Assembly (NCBI GenBank): GCA_041657425.1
Contig: JBBABY010000004.1
Span: 1,377-65,376 of the forward strand
Reading direction: 5' to 3'
DNA from: an archaeon
GTDB taxonomy: Archaea; Iainarchaeota; Iainarchaeia; Iainarchaeales; CSSED10-239
DNA length: 64,000 nt
Numbering within the stretch: the stretch's first letter is position 1; every line of letters starts with the position of its first letter. Below the pieces are notes generated by a model that did not search any database, was not told where the DNA came from, and saw only the letters and a list, made by a program, of their open reading frames with translations. This document shows positions 1 to 7,568 of this stretch, in pieces. Made by a program: the position numbers and the translations under genes.

Positions 1-518
1 AATACTAAAGACAAGAAATTTAATTTTGTAGAATAATCTTTAATCGCTATACTTTGTTGTTCAGAAAAGTTATTTGAAAGTATTCTAAAAGTGTCTGCTT
101 TATTTTTTGTACCACTTGACAAGATGTCATTTATCTGATACATTACTCTTTGTAGTTCCTTATTATCTTTAGATACTTCTTCAAGTGCTGTTTCTAGATT
201 GTAGCCTTTCTTTGTGACTAGAGTTAAAGCTTGACTAATCCTTTGACCAATTATTGAATTTTGCTTTGCTCGGTTTTCAAGTGCTAACTTTAATGGAATA
301 TTTTTTTCTATATCGCTTGCTAAGTTATTGAGAAAAAAAGGGAGTTCTCTTAATATTCTAGTTCTTTCATCTTGTGCTTTTATTCTTTTGATAAAAAAAG
401 AAACTGAAAAGAACAAAACACAAAGCATTATCTGAGAATAAAGAAGATATTCAACTGAAAGCTTAATTGTGAAATCCACAACCACATAAACTAAACACAA
501 GATAATAAATAAAATCAA
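1..518 (-). CDS. Partial CDS, C-terminus beyond the window. Type II secretion/type IV pilus platform membrane protein (T2SS-F, FlaJ/TadC-like).
   Basis: My own minus-strand translation is open from about 518 to position 1. It reads LILFIILCLVYVVVDF...RELPFFLNNLASDIEKNIPLKLALENRAK...LETALEEV. It has an N-terminal TM helix and an LPFFL..LA...L..AL motif typical of T2SS-F domains. It lies directly downstream of the secretion ATPase. The start codon is uncertain (TTG at 518 or an internal ATG). Confidence 0.45.
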   Translation of the reverse strand, partial: MILFIILCLVYVVVDFTIKLSVEYLLYSQIMLCVLFFSVSFFIKRIKAQDERTRILRELPFFLNNLASDIEKNIPLKLALENRAKQNSIIGQRISQALTLVTKKGYNLETALEEVSKDNKELQRVMYQINDILSSGTKNKADTFRILSNNFSEQQSIAIKDYSTKLNFLSLV

Positions 519-534
519 ATATAAAAATAAAGAT

Positions 535-2352
535 TTACTTGCTCTTATTTTTCGTCGCCTCTTTTCTTTCTTTTTTAGGTTTTTGTTTTTCTTCTGTTTT
601 TATTTTGGGTTTAGAAAATATCTCTTGTTCTTCTACAACAAGTCTTTCTTCTAAATCCTTGTGACTTGCAATTCCAAAAGAGATTTGAAACTTATTCATC
701 AGTTTCTTTGGAAAATTCTTAAAAAGAAGTTCTTTTGTTTTAAAATCATAATCAAATATCTTGTTAATGATGACTTTTCCTTGTTTAAAATCAACTTCTG
801 AAATTTCAAAAACTCTTCTCTTGTCTTTTGTTTCTTTATTGGTTTCTGTATATTCATTATATCTTCTTTGAGTAACAATAAGGTCAATTGCACAGATATC
901 TGACTCCAATACACCATAGGAAAGCAATCTTAAAACTGCATCATTAGCAGACTGTGCGTGAAAGGTGGTGTAAGTGCCTTTAGCTTGACCACAAAGAAGA
1001 GAATCGATAAGAGAATGAGACTCTTCTCTTGATCTAACTTCGCCGATTACTACCTTGTCTGGCCTCATTCTCAGTGTATTGATTATTAAGCCCTCCATAG
1101 TTATTCCAAGTTCCTTATTTACTGTTGTTTGAACCTTATGTGGATGAGATATATTAATCTCATGAACTTCTTCAACAATAACTATTCTTTGATCTTTTGG
1201 GATGAAATTAAGAAGAGCATTAAGGGTGGTGGTTTTTCCTGAACCAGTATTACCAACAACAAAGATATTTGCATCTGTTAAGAAAACTAATCTTAAGAAA
1301 GAAAGTGCTTTTTCAGTTATCGTTTTATATTTTAAAATATCATATATTGTAAAAGGGATTTCAGAAAACTTTCTAATAGTTACTGCAACACTTTCAGTTA
1401 CTGGAGAAATTAATGCATTCAGTCGGGTATGGTCTTTTAATGTCGCATCAAGTATAGGGTTCTTTAGAGTAATGTATTTATTGGAATACCAACCAAGTTT
1501 ATTGATAATGTCTTTTAGCTTCTGTTCTGAAACATACTTTAAATTTGTTTCTAACCACCCATAATGTCTATGATAAACAAAAACCGGATGATTAATTCCA
1601 ATAATGCTTATTTCTTCTAAATTGAAATCACTAAGCAATTGAGTGAGCGGACCACATTCATAAAGATTAGTAAATGCCATATCTAGAAGATAAAGAAACT
1701 GATCATTGTCTAGTTCTATGTTATTCTTTATACAATAATCAATTAGTTCTTCTTCTAAATCTTTTTTTACTGAATTCTCTGAATCTATTTCTTCTATTGG
1801 TTTAAATTTATAAGAATCTAGAATATCATTAATTACTTTAATTTCTTCTCTTGATAGCTTTTGATGTTTTAAAAAATAAATTATCTTTCCATTTTGAGTT
1901 TCTACAATCCTCCCATCTAAAGATATAGTTCTTAAGATTTTTTCTTGAATAATTGTGTATCCAAGATATTTGTCTAAAATCGTTTGAAGAGAAGTAGTTG
2001 AGGTGCTATCAACAAACTCAAATAGTTCTCTATTAGAATAATAACAAGGCATAAGAAACGAATTTTCTAAACAAAGATCGCATTTCCTGGGAATTCCTTT
2101 TTTTACAACTATTGCTTTGTTTGGGCAAGCTTGTACACATTCAAGACAACGATTACATAATCTATAATTTATAGTTACAATTCCGTTCTCTGATTTGCTT
2201 ATTGCGCCTTTCTTACACGCACTCATACAAGGCGCATCTTCACAGTTTATACAGTTGAATACATTAATGTCTTTCTTATCTAAATTTTGATAACAATTAT
2301 AGAATAACTCTTTGTTATCAACGCTTTTTAAATCCTTTAATTTAAGATACAT
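535..2352 (-). CDS. Type II/IV secretion-family ATPase (FlaI/PilB/VirB11-like) with an N-terminal 4Fe-4S ferredoxin-type domain.
   Basis: Walker A is VVGNTGSGKTTTLNALL. Walker B/Asp box is RIVIVEEVHE. The family signature LRMRPDKVVIGEVRSREE...TTFHA is present. The N-terminus carries CINCEDAPCMSAC and the canonical CNRCLECVQACP cluster motifs. Confidence 0.8.
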   Translation of the reverse strand: MYLKLKDLKSVDNKELFYNCYQNLDKKDINVFNCINCEDAPCMSACKKGAISKSENGIVTINYRLCNRCLECVQACPNKAIVVKKGIPRKCDLCLENSFLMPCYYSNRELFEFVDSTSTTSLQTILDKYLGYTIIQEKILRTISLDGRIVETQNGKIIYFLKHQKLSREEIKVINDILDSYKFKPIEEIDSENSVKKDLEEELIDYCIKNNIELDNDQFLYLLDMAFTNLYECGPLTQLLSDFNLEEISIIGINHPVFVYHRHYGWLETNLKYVSEQKLKDIINKLGWYSNKYITLKNPILDATLKDHTRLNALISPVTESVAVTIRKFSEIPFTIYDILKYKTITEKALSFLRLVFLTDANIFVVGNTGSGKTTTLNALLNFIPKDQRIVIVEEVHEINISHPHKVQTTVNKELGITMEGLIINTLRMRPDKVVIGEVRSREESHSLIDSLLCGQAKGTYTTFHAQSANDAVLRLLSYGVLESDICAIDLIVTQRRYNEYTETNKETKDKRRVFEISEVDFKQGKVIINKIFDYDFKTKELLFKNFPKKLMNKFQISFGIASHKDLEERLVVEEQEIFSKPKIKTEEKQKPKKERKEATKNKSK

Positions 2353-2375
2353 TTAATAGATTCTTGGGAGATTTA

Positions 2376-2420
2376 GGTATATAAAACCCAATTGTCTGTT
2401 TTTTTGTGAAATTGAAGAAA
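2376..2420 (+). repeat. 45-bp direct repeat, copy 1. It is a promoter-like TATA box plus GTG-start leader, and is orphaned here.
   Basis: The sequence is ggtatataaaacccaattgtctgtttttttgtgaaattgaagaaa. It matches 3076..3120 at 43/45 positions, offset exactly 700 bp. Only a 10-codon ORF follows it. Confidence 0.8.
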
Positions 2421-2427
2421 CAAATAA

Positions 2428-2745
2428 TTAGTATTTAAATTTTCGCTCATATTCTTTATGAGAAAAACAATCCAAAATTATACATAATATTCTAAGTTCA
2501 TCATTTTTAATTGTATAAATAATTCTACAACCATTTCTTAAATCAAATTTCCAAAGATTTGTAATACAATATAGTTTAATATATTCCTTTGGCCACAACT
2601 TCTGTGGGATATGAATTCCAGAATCTGGTTTTTCTTTTAATTTATTTATGATTTCTTCAATTTCGTCTTTAAATTCTTTATCAGAAATCGATTCTACTTC
2701 TTTTTCTAATTTTTTACTAGCAAATGCAACATTAATTGGTTTCAT
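2428..2745 (-). CDS. RelE/ParE-superfamily toxin-like protein.
   Basis: The protein is 105 aa. The C-terminal WKFDLRNGCRIIYTIKNDELRILCIILDCFSHKEYERKF resembles the RelE/ParE core (..RiiY.i......i..i..H..Y). It overlaps the upstream small ORF by 4 nt (ATGA). Confidence 0.55.
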   Translation of the reverse strand: MKPINVAFASKKLEKEVESISDKEFKDEIEEIINKLKEKPDSGIHIPQKLWPKEYIKLYCITNLWKFDLRNGCRIIYTIKNDELRILCIILDCFSHKEYERKFKY

Positions 2746-3008
2746 CTAATTTTTACCCCTGACTTTAAAATCTTTGCAATTCCTTTTGGATCATAAAGCC
2801 ATAATACTTTTTTATCTTCTGTAACCATTATTTTTTCTGAATTTAAAAGATAATCAAATATTTGACAATAAGTTTGATACATCATCTTTTTTGGTAATTT
2901 TTTCCAGAATTGATATTTTGTATATTCTGCACTTTTCTTCTTAATTAATTCTTCAACCATAATTATACTATCAAGTGTTGGACTATGAATTTTTGTTGTT
3001 TTTGACAT
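2742..3008 (-). CDS. Putative cognate antitoxin or partner protein, family not recognised.
   Basis: The 88-aa ORF is translationally coupled (ATGA overlap) upstream of the RelE-like gene. No RHH, AbrB or Phd signature was recognised. Confidence 0.35.
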   Translation of the reverse strand: MSKTTKIHSPTLDSIIMVEELIKKKSAEYTKYQFWKKLPKKMMYQTYCQIFDYLLNSEKIMVTEDKKVLWLYDPKGIAKILKSGVKIR

Positions 3009-3075
3009 ATATATACTTATATAATAAAGATTTTTAAAGTATATTGCTTATGCCCATAATATATTTGATTTTTAA

Positions 3076-3120
3076 GGTATATAAAACCCAATTGCCTATT
3101 TTTTTGTGAAATTGAAGAAA
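3076..3120 (+). promoter_or_regulatory. 45-bp direct repeat, copy 2. It is the functional promoter (TATA box tatataaaa at 3078) and start region of the prs-like gene.
   Basis: The TATA-like box begins 28 nt upstream of the GTG start at 3106. The same spacing is seen at 6503/6531. Confidence 0.6.
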
Positions 3121-4083
3121 ACCTATAATTTTAAAAGATTACTTTATCATGATAGATATATGGACTCTGATTATTTAATATTTGCTCCAAATAAAGATTT
3201 GGCTCTTGCTACATCAGTTGCTAATGAAACTAATATTCAATTAGGGCACATGGATGTAAAAAAGATTAATGAATCAGAAACCCTTATAGATATTAAAAGT
3301 CATGTTCAACAAAAAGACATATTACTTATTTACAATGTTGTGTCTCCAGTTAATGATTCACTTATGCAAATTTATTTAATTTCTGATTCTTTAACTAAAC
3401 TTGGAGCAAGAAGTGTGCACCTCATTGTTCCTTACTTACCATATACTAGAATCCCTGATGAGTATGTTAATAAAATCAATTTCAATCTAATTGTTAGATT
3501 ATTCCAAACTTCTGGAATTTCCTCAATCTATACTTTTGATATATTCACCCCGCATTTAGTTAATGCATTTAAAATACCAGTCTATAATATAAATATAAAA
3601 AAGATATTTTCTGGAATTATTGAAGAAAAATTTAAGGATAACAATAACCTTTTGGTAACCACCGCAGACTACGAATTAAAAGATAGGGCAAACGACATTT
3701 CTAAAGTAATTGGTTGTGATCAAATATATGTTAATAAAATCGATGATAGTAATGATAGTCGCTTTGAAATAAATAAAGATGTTCATGGTAAAGATATTTT
3801 GATTGTAGGAAACAGAATCGCATCTGGAGAAATCATTATTAAATTCGCTAATTTCTTAGCTTTAAAAGGAGCAAAAAACATTTATCTTATAGCAACACAT
3901 GGACTATTTAGTGAAGATGCTATCGAAAAATTAAACAATTCAATAATTAAAGAAATTTATGTGTTTTCTTCTCCGAAGAACAAATTATCTCAAAAGATTA
4001 AAGTAATTCCTTATACTCCAATTTATAAGGAAATAATCAATAGAATTGTAGAAAAGAAGAACATAATTAGCTTTATAAATTAA
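3106..4083 (+). CDS. Ribose-phosphate pyrophosphokinase (PRPP synthetase) homolog with degenerate substrate-binding motifs.
   Basis: HLIVPYLPYTR matches the Prs PYlpYaRQDR region but lacks QDR. FDIFTPHLVNAFKIPVYNI matches the DlH..qiqgfF.iPvdnl region. The C-terminal DILIVGNRIASGEI stands where the canonical PRPP loop (v!DDiidTgGT) would be. Confidence 0.6.
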   Translation: MKLKKTYNFKRLLYHDRYMDSDYLIFAPNKDLALATSVANETNIQLGHMDVKKINESETLIDIKSHVQQKDILLIYNVVSPVNDSLMQIYLISDSLTKLGARSVHLIVPYLPYTRIPDEYVNKINFNLIVRLFQTSGISSIYTFDIFTPHLVNAFKIPVYNINIKKIFSGIIEEKFKDNNNLLVTTADYELKDRANDISKVIGCDQIYVNKIDDSNDSRFEINKDVHGKDILIVGNRIASGEIIIKFANFLALKGAKNIYLIATHGLFSEDAIEKLNNSIIKEIYVFSSPKNKLSQKIKVIPYTPIYKEIINRIVEKKNIISFIN

Positions 4084-4136
4084 TTGTAAGTATATTATAT
4101 ATAATTAATATAATTCTTTAAAAACGTGATAAAAAT

Positions 4137-4637
4137 ATGATAAAAAGTAGAGTAAGTGATACTGCAGAAACCACAAACACAATGCTAGATGTTATCTTAG
4201 ATGATGGCGACGAAGTTGTTGAATGTGTAGAAAAAGCATTTATTCAAAATAATGTTAAAAAAGCAAGTCTTTTTGGAGCTGTCGGAAAACTAAGAAATGT
4301 TAAAGTTGCAACAACGAGAACAGGAACTTTAAAGCAAAGAGAATATGATGAAGCTTGTGCAATTAAGAGCGTTTCTGGAGACTTTACAAAAATTAGAGAA
4401 AACGAATATATGGGGGACTTCCATATCTCTATTGCAAGAGATGAAATACACGCAGTTAGCGGTGTATTAATCAAAGGAACAGCAGATGGAGAAGTTAGAA
4501 TTACATTTAAGATAATTTCTGAATTTGCATTCGGTGCAATAACAACAGCAGAAGGCACAAAAGAAGTTTCATTAGTTAAGCAAAAGATAATTGATGAAAA
4601 TCCAGTAAAGCAAAAGAAAGAAATGATAATTGGATAA
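4137..4637 (+). CDS. PPC/DUF296-like protein (putative DNA-binding PPC domain).
   Basis: The overall pattern is G(D/E)EVVE..EKF......ASLFGAVGKL..V......EI.S.SG.....HISIA......GVLIKG....EV, which is consistent with the DUF296 fold. Recognition is by eye only. Confidence 0.4.
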   Translation: MIKSRVSDTAETTNTMLDVILDDGDEVVECVEKAFIQNNVKKASLFGAVGKLRNVKVATTRTGTLKQREYDEACAIKSVSGDFTKIRENEYMGDFHISIARDEIHAVSGVLIKGTADGEVRITFKIISEFAFGAITTAEGTKEVSLVKQKIIDENPVKQKKEMIIG

Positions 4638-4664
4638 ACTCCAAATTATTTCCTTTTTCTATTT

Positions 4665-5474
4665 TTAATTTATTCTTTCTATTTCTATATAGTTTATTTT
4701 TAAATCGCCAGAAGATTTCCCTCTAATAAAATCCCAAACTATATTAAATTTGAATTCTTTCTGATATTTTTTATTAAATAGATTTACCATCCTATTAACT
4801 GATTTGTCTATACTATTGAAATATATTTTTAATCTATTATAATATTCTTCTTCTTTTTCTTTATCTTTAATTGGAATTTTTCTCTTAATTTCTAGAAAAT
4901 TAAATTCTAAATATGCTTTCCCGCCTTTTGAAAGCATAATTGCAGATTGATACAATGAAAATTCTAAATAATTTGTGTGATAACTTGTACTTTTAAGTGC
5001 AATAATCACATCGTTTTTTCCAATATTTTCTTCTAATATTTCTCTATGATTTTCTATCTTTGGGTCTAAATTCTCAAATGGAACACCTATTGAATAATCT
5101 TTATCAATATAAGAATAAGCACTTTGGGAATCAGTAATTTTAGTTAATCCAAAAACATTAATAATTGGCTTTATCTTGTGTTCATTTAAATCTTTTCTAA
5201 GAAAGAGAATATCTTTTCCAAGACCTGGACCTAAAATAAGAATTTGTGATTTTTCTTTTTTTAATTGTACTAGATGTTCTACTGGTTTTCCAGCTAATTC
5301 TACTTTATAAACATCATATCTTGCATTTCCATTATACTGCCAGGCATTTCGTTCTAATTGCTTAAAATCAACAATATCTTTAACTGTACTAGTTGGTTTT
5401 CTTTTAAATTGACCAGAATCAAAATTTGCTCGTCTACCAGTAATTTTATTAAGCATACAAAAAATATAAATCAA
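4665..5474 (-). CDS. Hypothetical protein, possibly a class I SAM-dependent methyltransferase-like fold.
   Basis: ILILGPGLGKD resembles motif I, and LSKGGKAYL resembles the post-motif region. The true start may be the internal MLNKITG at 5456. Confidence 0.35.
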   Translation of the reverse strand: MIYIFCMLNKITGRRANFDSGQFKRKPTSTVKDIVDFKQLERNAWQYNGNARYDVYKVELAGKPVEHLVQLKKEKSQILILGPGLGKDILFLRKDLNEHKIKPIINVFGLTKITDSQSAYSYIDKDYSIGVPFENLDPKIENHREILEENIGKNDVIIALKSTSYHTNYLEFSLYQSAIMLSKGGKAYLEFNFLEIKRKIPIKDKEKEEEYYNRLKIYFNSIDKSVNRMVNLFNKKYQKEFKFNIVWDFIRGKSSGDLKINYIEIERIN

Positions 5475-5507
5475 TAAATTTAAAAAGATAACAAAATTAG
5501 AATTTTA

Positions 5508-5581
5508 CGCCCCAGGTAGGATTTGGACCTACGATCTATCGATTAACAGTCGATTGCTCTAACCAGCTAAGCTACTGAGGC
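5508..5581 (-). tRNA. tRNA-Asn (GTT).
   Basis: Hand-folded, 74 nt. The acceptor stem is GCCTCAG/CTGGGGC. The anticodon arm is ATCGA-CTGTTAA-TCGAT. The T arm is GTAGG-TCCAAAT-CCTAC. No encoded CCA. Confidence 0.9.
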
Positions 5582-5652
5582 TTTAATAAAAGAAAAAAGA
5601 TCTTTCTTGTATTATATATATTTCTTAACAAAAATATTTATAAAGGATTTGT

Positions 5653-6477
5653 TTAAAGCAAAAGGGCAATTGTTAAGATATCTCTTAACCCTGTTAGAAA
5701 GCCAAGAATTATTATCAATAACTTAGTGTAACTTCTTTCTTCTTCGTCTTTTATTGTCTTGTCTACTATCCAGATAAACAAGAATGCGAAGACCAATTTG
5801 ACCAGTGGATAGAACACTGGAAAAGAACCAATAACTGCTCTTGAAACTGGGTGTTGCTCGTAAAGAAGATTGCCAAAGAAAAAAATTCCAGACAAGGTTG
5901 CTGAAAAATCTACTATCTGCGAAAGAATTACTAACTTATTCTCTAATGATTTCAATATCTCCCCATTTAATTTATTTGCTATAAACTGAACTAGAAAGAA
6001 AATTAAAATGATTACACTAAGTGTGCATACAAGAACGAATAAATGCTGTGTGTGAAATAATTCATAAACAAGTAAAGGTAACGACAAAAGTAATCCAATT
6101 CCTTGCAAAAATGTATAATACTTGATTTTTGTTAGTTTATCTAGCCACAGGGAAAAGAAAAAACTACAAAGAAAAACAACTGACAAGAGAACTAACCAAC
6201 CAGGAGTGTGGAAGTAAAATCCAAGCTCTAAAGGGGTCCACGAGGATTTTACAAGCCACACACTTGTATAATTCTGTTCTAATATCCTTAAGGAAGCCCC
6301 AAGGAGAACAAAGGCAAGTACTGAACAGATAAAATACTTGTCTATTTTTACTTCTGGAAAATATTTCTTTAGTATTTTATAGAAAAAAAAGTAACTAAAA
6401 AACACGATTACTGCATAAACTGTGGTGTTTATTAAATTATATCCATTTCCTACAAAATATTGTAAAATATGCTCCAT
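5653..6477 (-). CDS. Polytopic membrane protein, DUF63-like.
   Basis: The 274-aa protein has about 7 hydrophobic segments. The N-terminus YFVGNGYNLINTTVYAV resembles the start of the archaeal DUF63 family, recalled from memory. Confidence 0.45.
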   Translation of the reverse strand: MEHILQYFVGNGYNLINTTVYAVIVFFSYFFFYKILKKYFPEVKIDKYFICSVLAFVLLGASLRILEQNYTSVWLVKSSWTPLELGFYFHTPGWLVLLSVVFLCSFFFSLWLDKLTKIKYYTFLQGIGLLLSLPLLVYELFHTQHLFVLVCTLSVIILIFFLVQFIANKLNGEILKSLENKLVILSQIVDFSATLSGIFFFGNLLYEQHPVSRAVIGSFPVFYPLVKLVFAFLFIWIVDKTIKDEEERSYTKLLIIILGFLTGLRDILTIALLL

Positions 6478-6502
6478 TTAAATTATTTTATATTTTTAAT
6501 TA

Positions 6503-6540
6503 TATATAAAATGAGACTATGACTTTTTTTGTGAAATTGA
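6503..6540 (+). promoter_or_regulatory. Promoter-like element sharing the TATA box and tttttttgtgaaattgaa motif with 2376/3076.
   Basis: The tatataaaa box at 6503 and gtgaaattga at 6531 have the same 28-nt spacing as at 3078/3106. The downstream ATG at 6542 is in a different frame from this GTG. Confidence 0.5.
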
Positions 6541-6541
6541 A

Positions 6542-7567
6542 ATGTTGGCTATAAAAATTGAAAAAACTAAAGCGCAAGCAATAATTGCTAAATTAAGAGA
6601 AGATAAGAATCTTGATAATAACTATAAGATTAAAAGAGATGAAACTTCTGTAATTATTCCTGTGCTAAAGATTACTACTGATATTAAAGAATTTGAAACT
6701 ACTAAAACACTTGAAAAACAAGAAGCAGTAAGTAAAGGATTTAAAGACATTCTTCTTGATGAGGGAGTACCTAAAGAAATTGTTTCTCAAATAAACAGTG
6801 CTTATGATATTGTTGGAGATATTGTTATTATTGGTATTGATAAAGAATTAACTCTTTATTACTCTGCTATTGGTAAAGCATTATTGAAATTACACTCCAG
6901 TGCTAAAACTGTTCTTAACAAGCTTGGAGAACACAAAGGGGTTTATAGAACACAAGATATGGAATTAGTTTATGGTGTTGATACTAGAGAAACAATCATT
7001 AAAGAAAATGGTTGTAAAATTAAAATAGATGTTGAAAAGGTATTTTGTTCAACTAGACTTTCAGAAGAAAGAAGAAGAATTGTTTCTTTGGTTGAAGATG
7101 GAGAAACAATTGGGGTATTCTTTGCAGGTGCTGGACCTTTTGCTCTCGCCATTGCTAAAAACAAAGAAGTTAAAGAAATTGTGGCTATTGAACTTAATGA
7201 TCTAGCTGTTAAATACTTGATTGAAAATATAAAAATTAATCATACTGAAGAAATAATTAAACCAATTTTGGGTGATGTAAAAATTGAAGCCGAAAAATAT
7301 CCAAACTACTTTGATAGAGTAATTATGCCACTTCCTAAATCTGCAGAGTTGTTTTTGAATTCTGCAATCTTTGCTGCAAAGAATGGTGGATATATACACC
7401 TTTACAAGTTTGTAAGCAAAGATGATCCTTACACAGAAACAGAAAAAGAAATTGAAGAGATTGCAAAAGTAAATAACGTGGTCCTAGAAATAGTGAATAA
7501 AAGAATAATAAGAAGCTACTCTCCAAGCATTGTTCAAATTGTTGTTGATTTAAGATTAAAAAAATAG
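6542..7567 (+). CDS. trm5: tRNA (guanine37-N1)-methyltransferase Trm5 / Taw2 (Met-10+ family).
   Basis: FCSTRLSEERRRIVSLVEDGETIGVFFAGAGPFALAIAK matches the Met-10+ signature (fspRl..ER.Ri......gE.V.DmFAGvGpF.i..Ak). The later DRVIMPLP motif is present. Confidence 0.8.
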   Translation: MLAIKIEKTKAQAIIAKLREDKNLDNNYKIKRDETSVIIPVLKITTDIKEFETTKTLEKQEAVSKGFKDILLDEGVPKEIVSQINSAYDIVGDIVIIGIDKELTLYYSAIGKALLKLHSSAKTVLNKLGEHKGVYRTQDMELVYGVDTRETIIKENGCKIKIDVEKVFCSTRLSEERRRIVSLVEDGETIGVFFAGAGPFALAIAKNKEVKEIVAIELNDLAVKYLIENIKINHTEEIIKPILGDVKIEAEKYPNYFDRVIMPLPKSAELFLNSAIFAAKNGGYIHLYKFVSKDDPYTETEKEIEEIAKVNNVVLEIVNKRIIRSYSPSIVQIVVDLRLKK

Positions 7568-7568
7568 A

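Noticed and set aside
1202-1564. Many 60-135-aa ORFs in the track lie antisense to or inside long CDSs. Examples are 699..917, 1202..1564, 4244..4558, 6129..6332, 9994..10329, 12599..13012, 19810..20136 and 20550..20957. Others are 25622..26683, 28323..29162, 31246..31647 and the plus-strand ORFs inside the giant genes.
   Set aside because: They are shadow ORFs of well-supported genes on the opposite strand or in another frame. Their composition is low-complexity (Ser/Leu/Phe/Ile-rich) and they have no recognisable motifs. Such ORFs are expected by chance in AT-rich DNA whose opposite strand is stop-poor.
2742-2745. The possibility of an alternative genetic code (for example TGA recoding), given the reduced-genome context.
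   Set aside because: The long CDSs terminate cleanly at TAA, TAG or TGA with sensible lengths and conserved C-termini. For example, ProRS ends in the expected Tyr and AlaRS at the end of the editing domain. TGA closes the antitoxin-like ORF in a typical ATGA overlap. There is no evidence for recoding.
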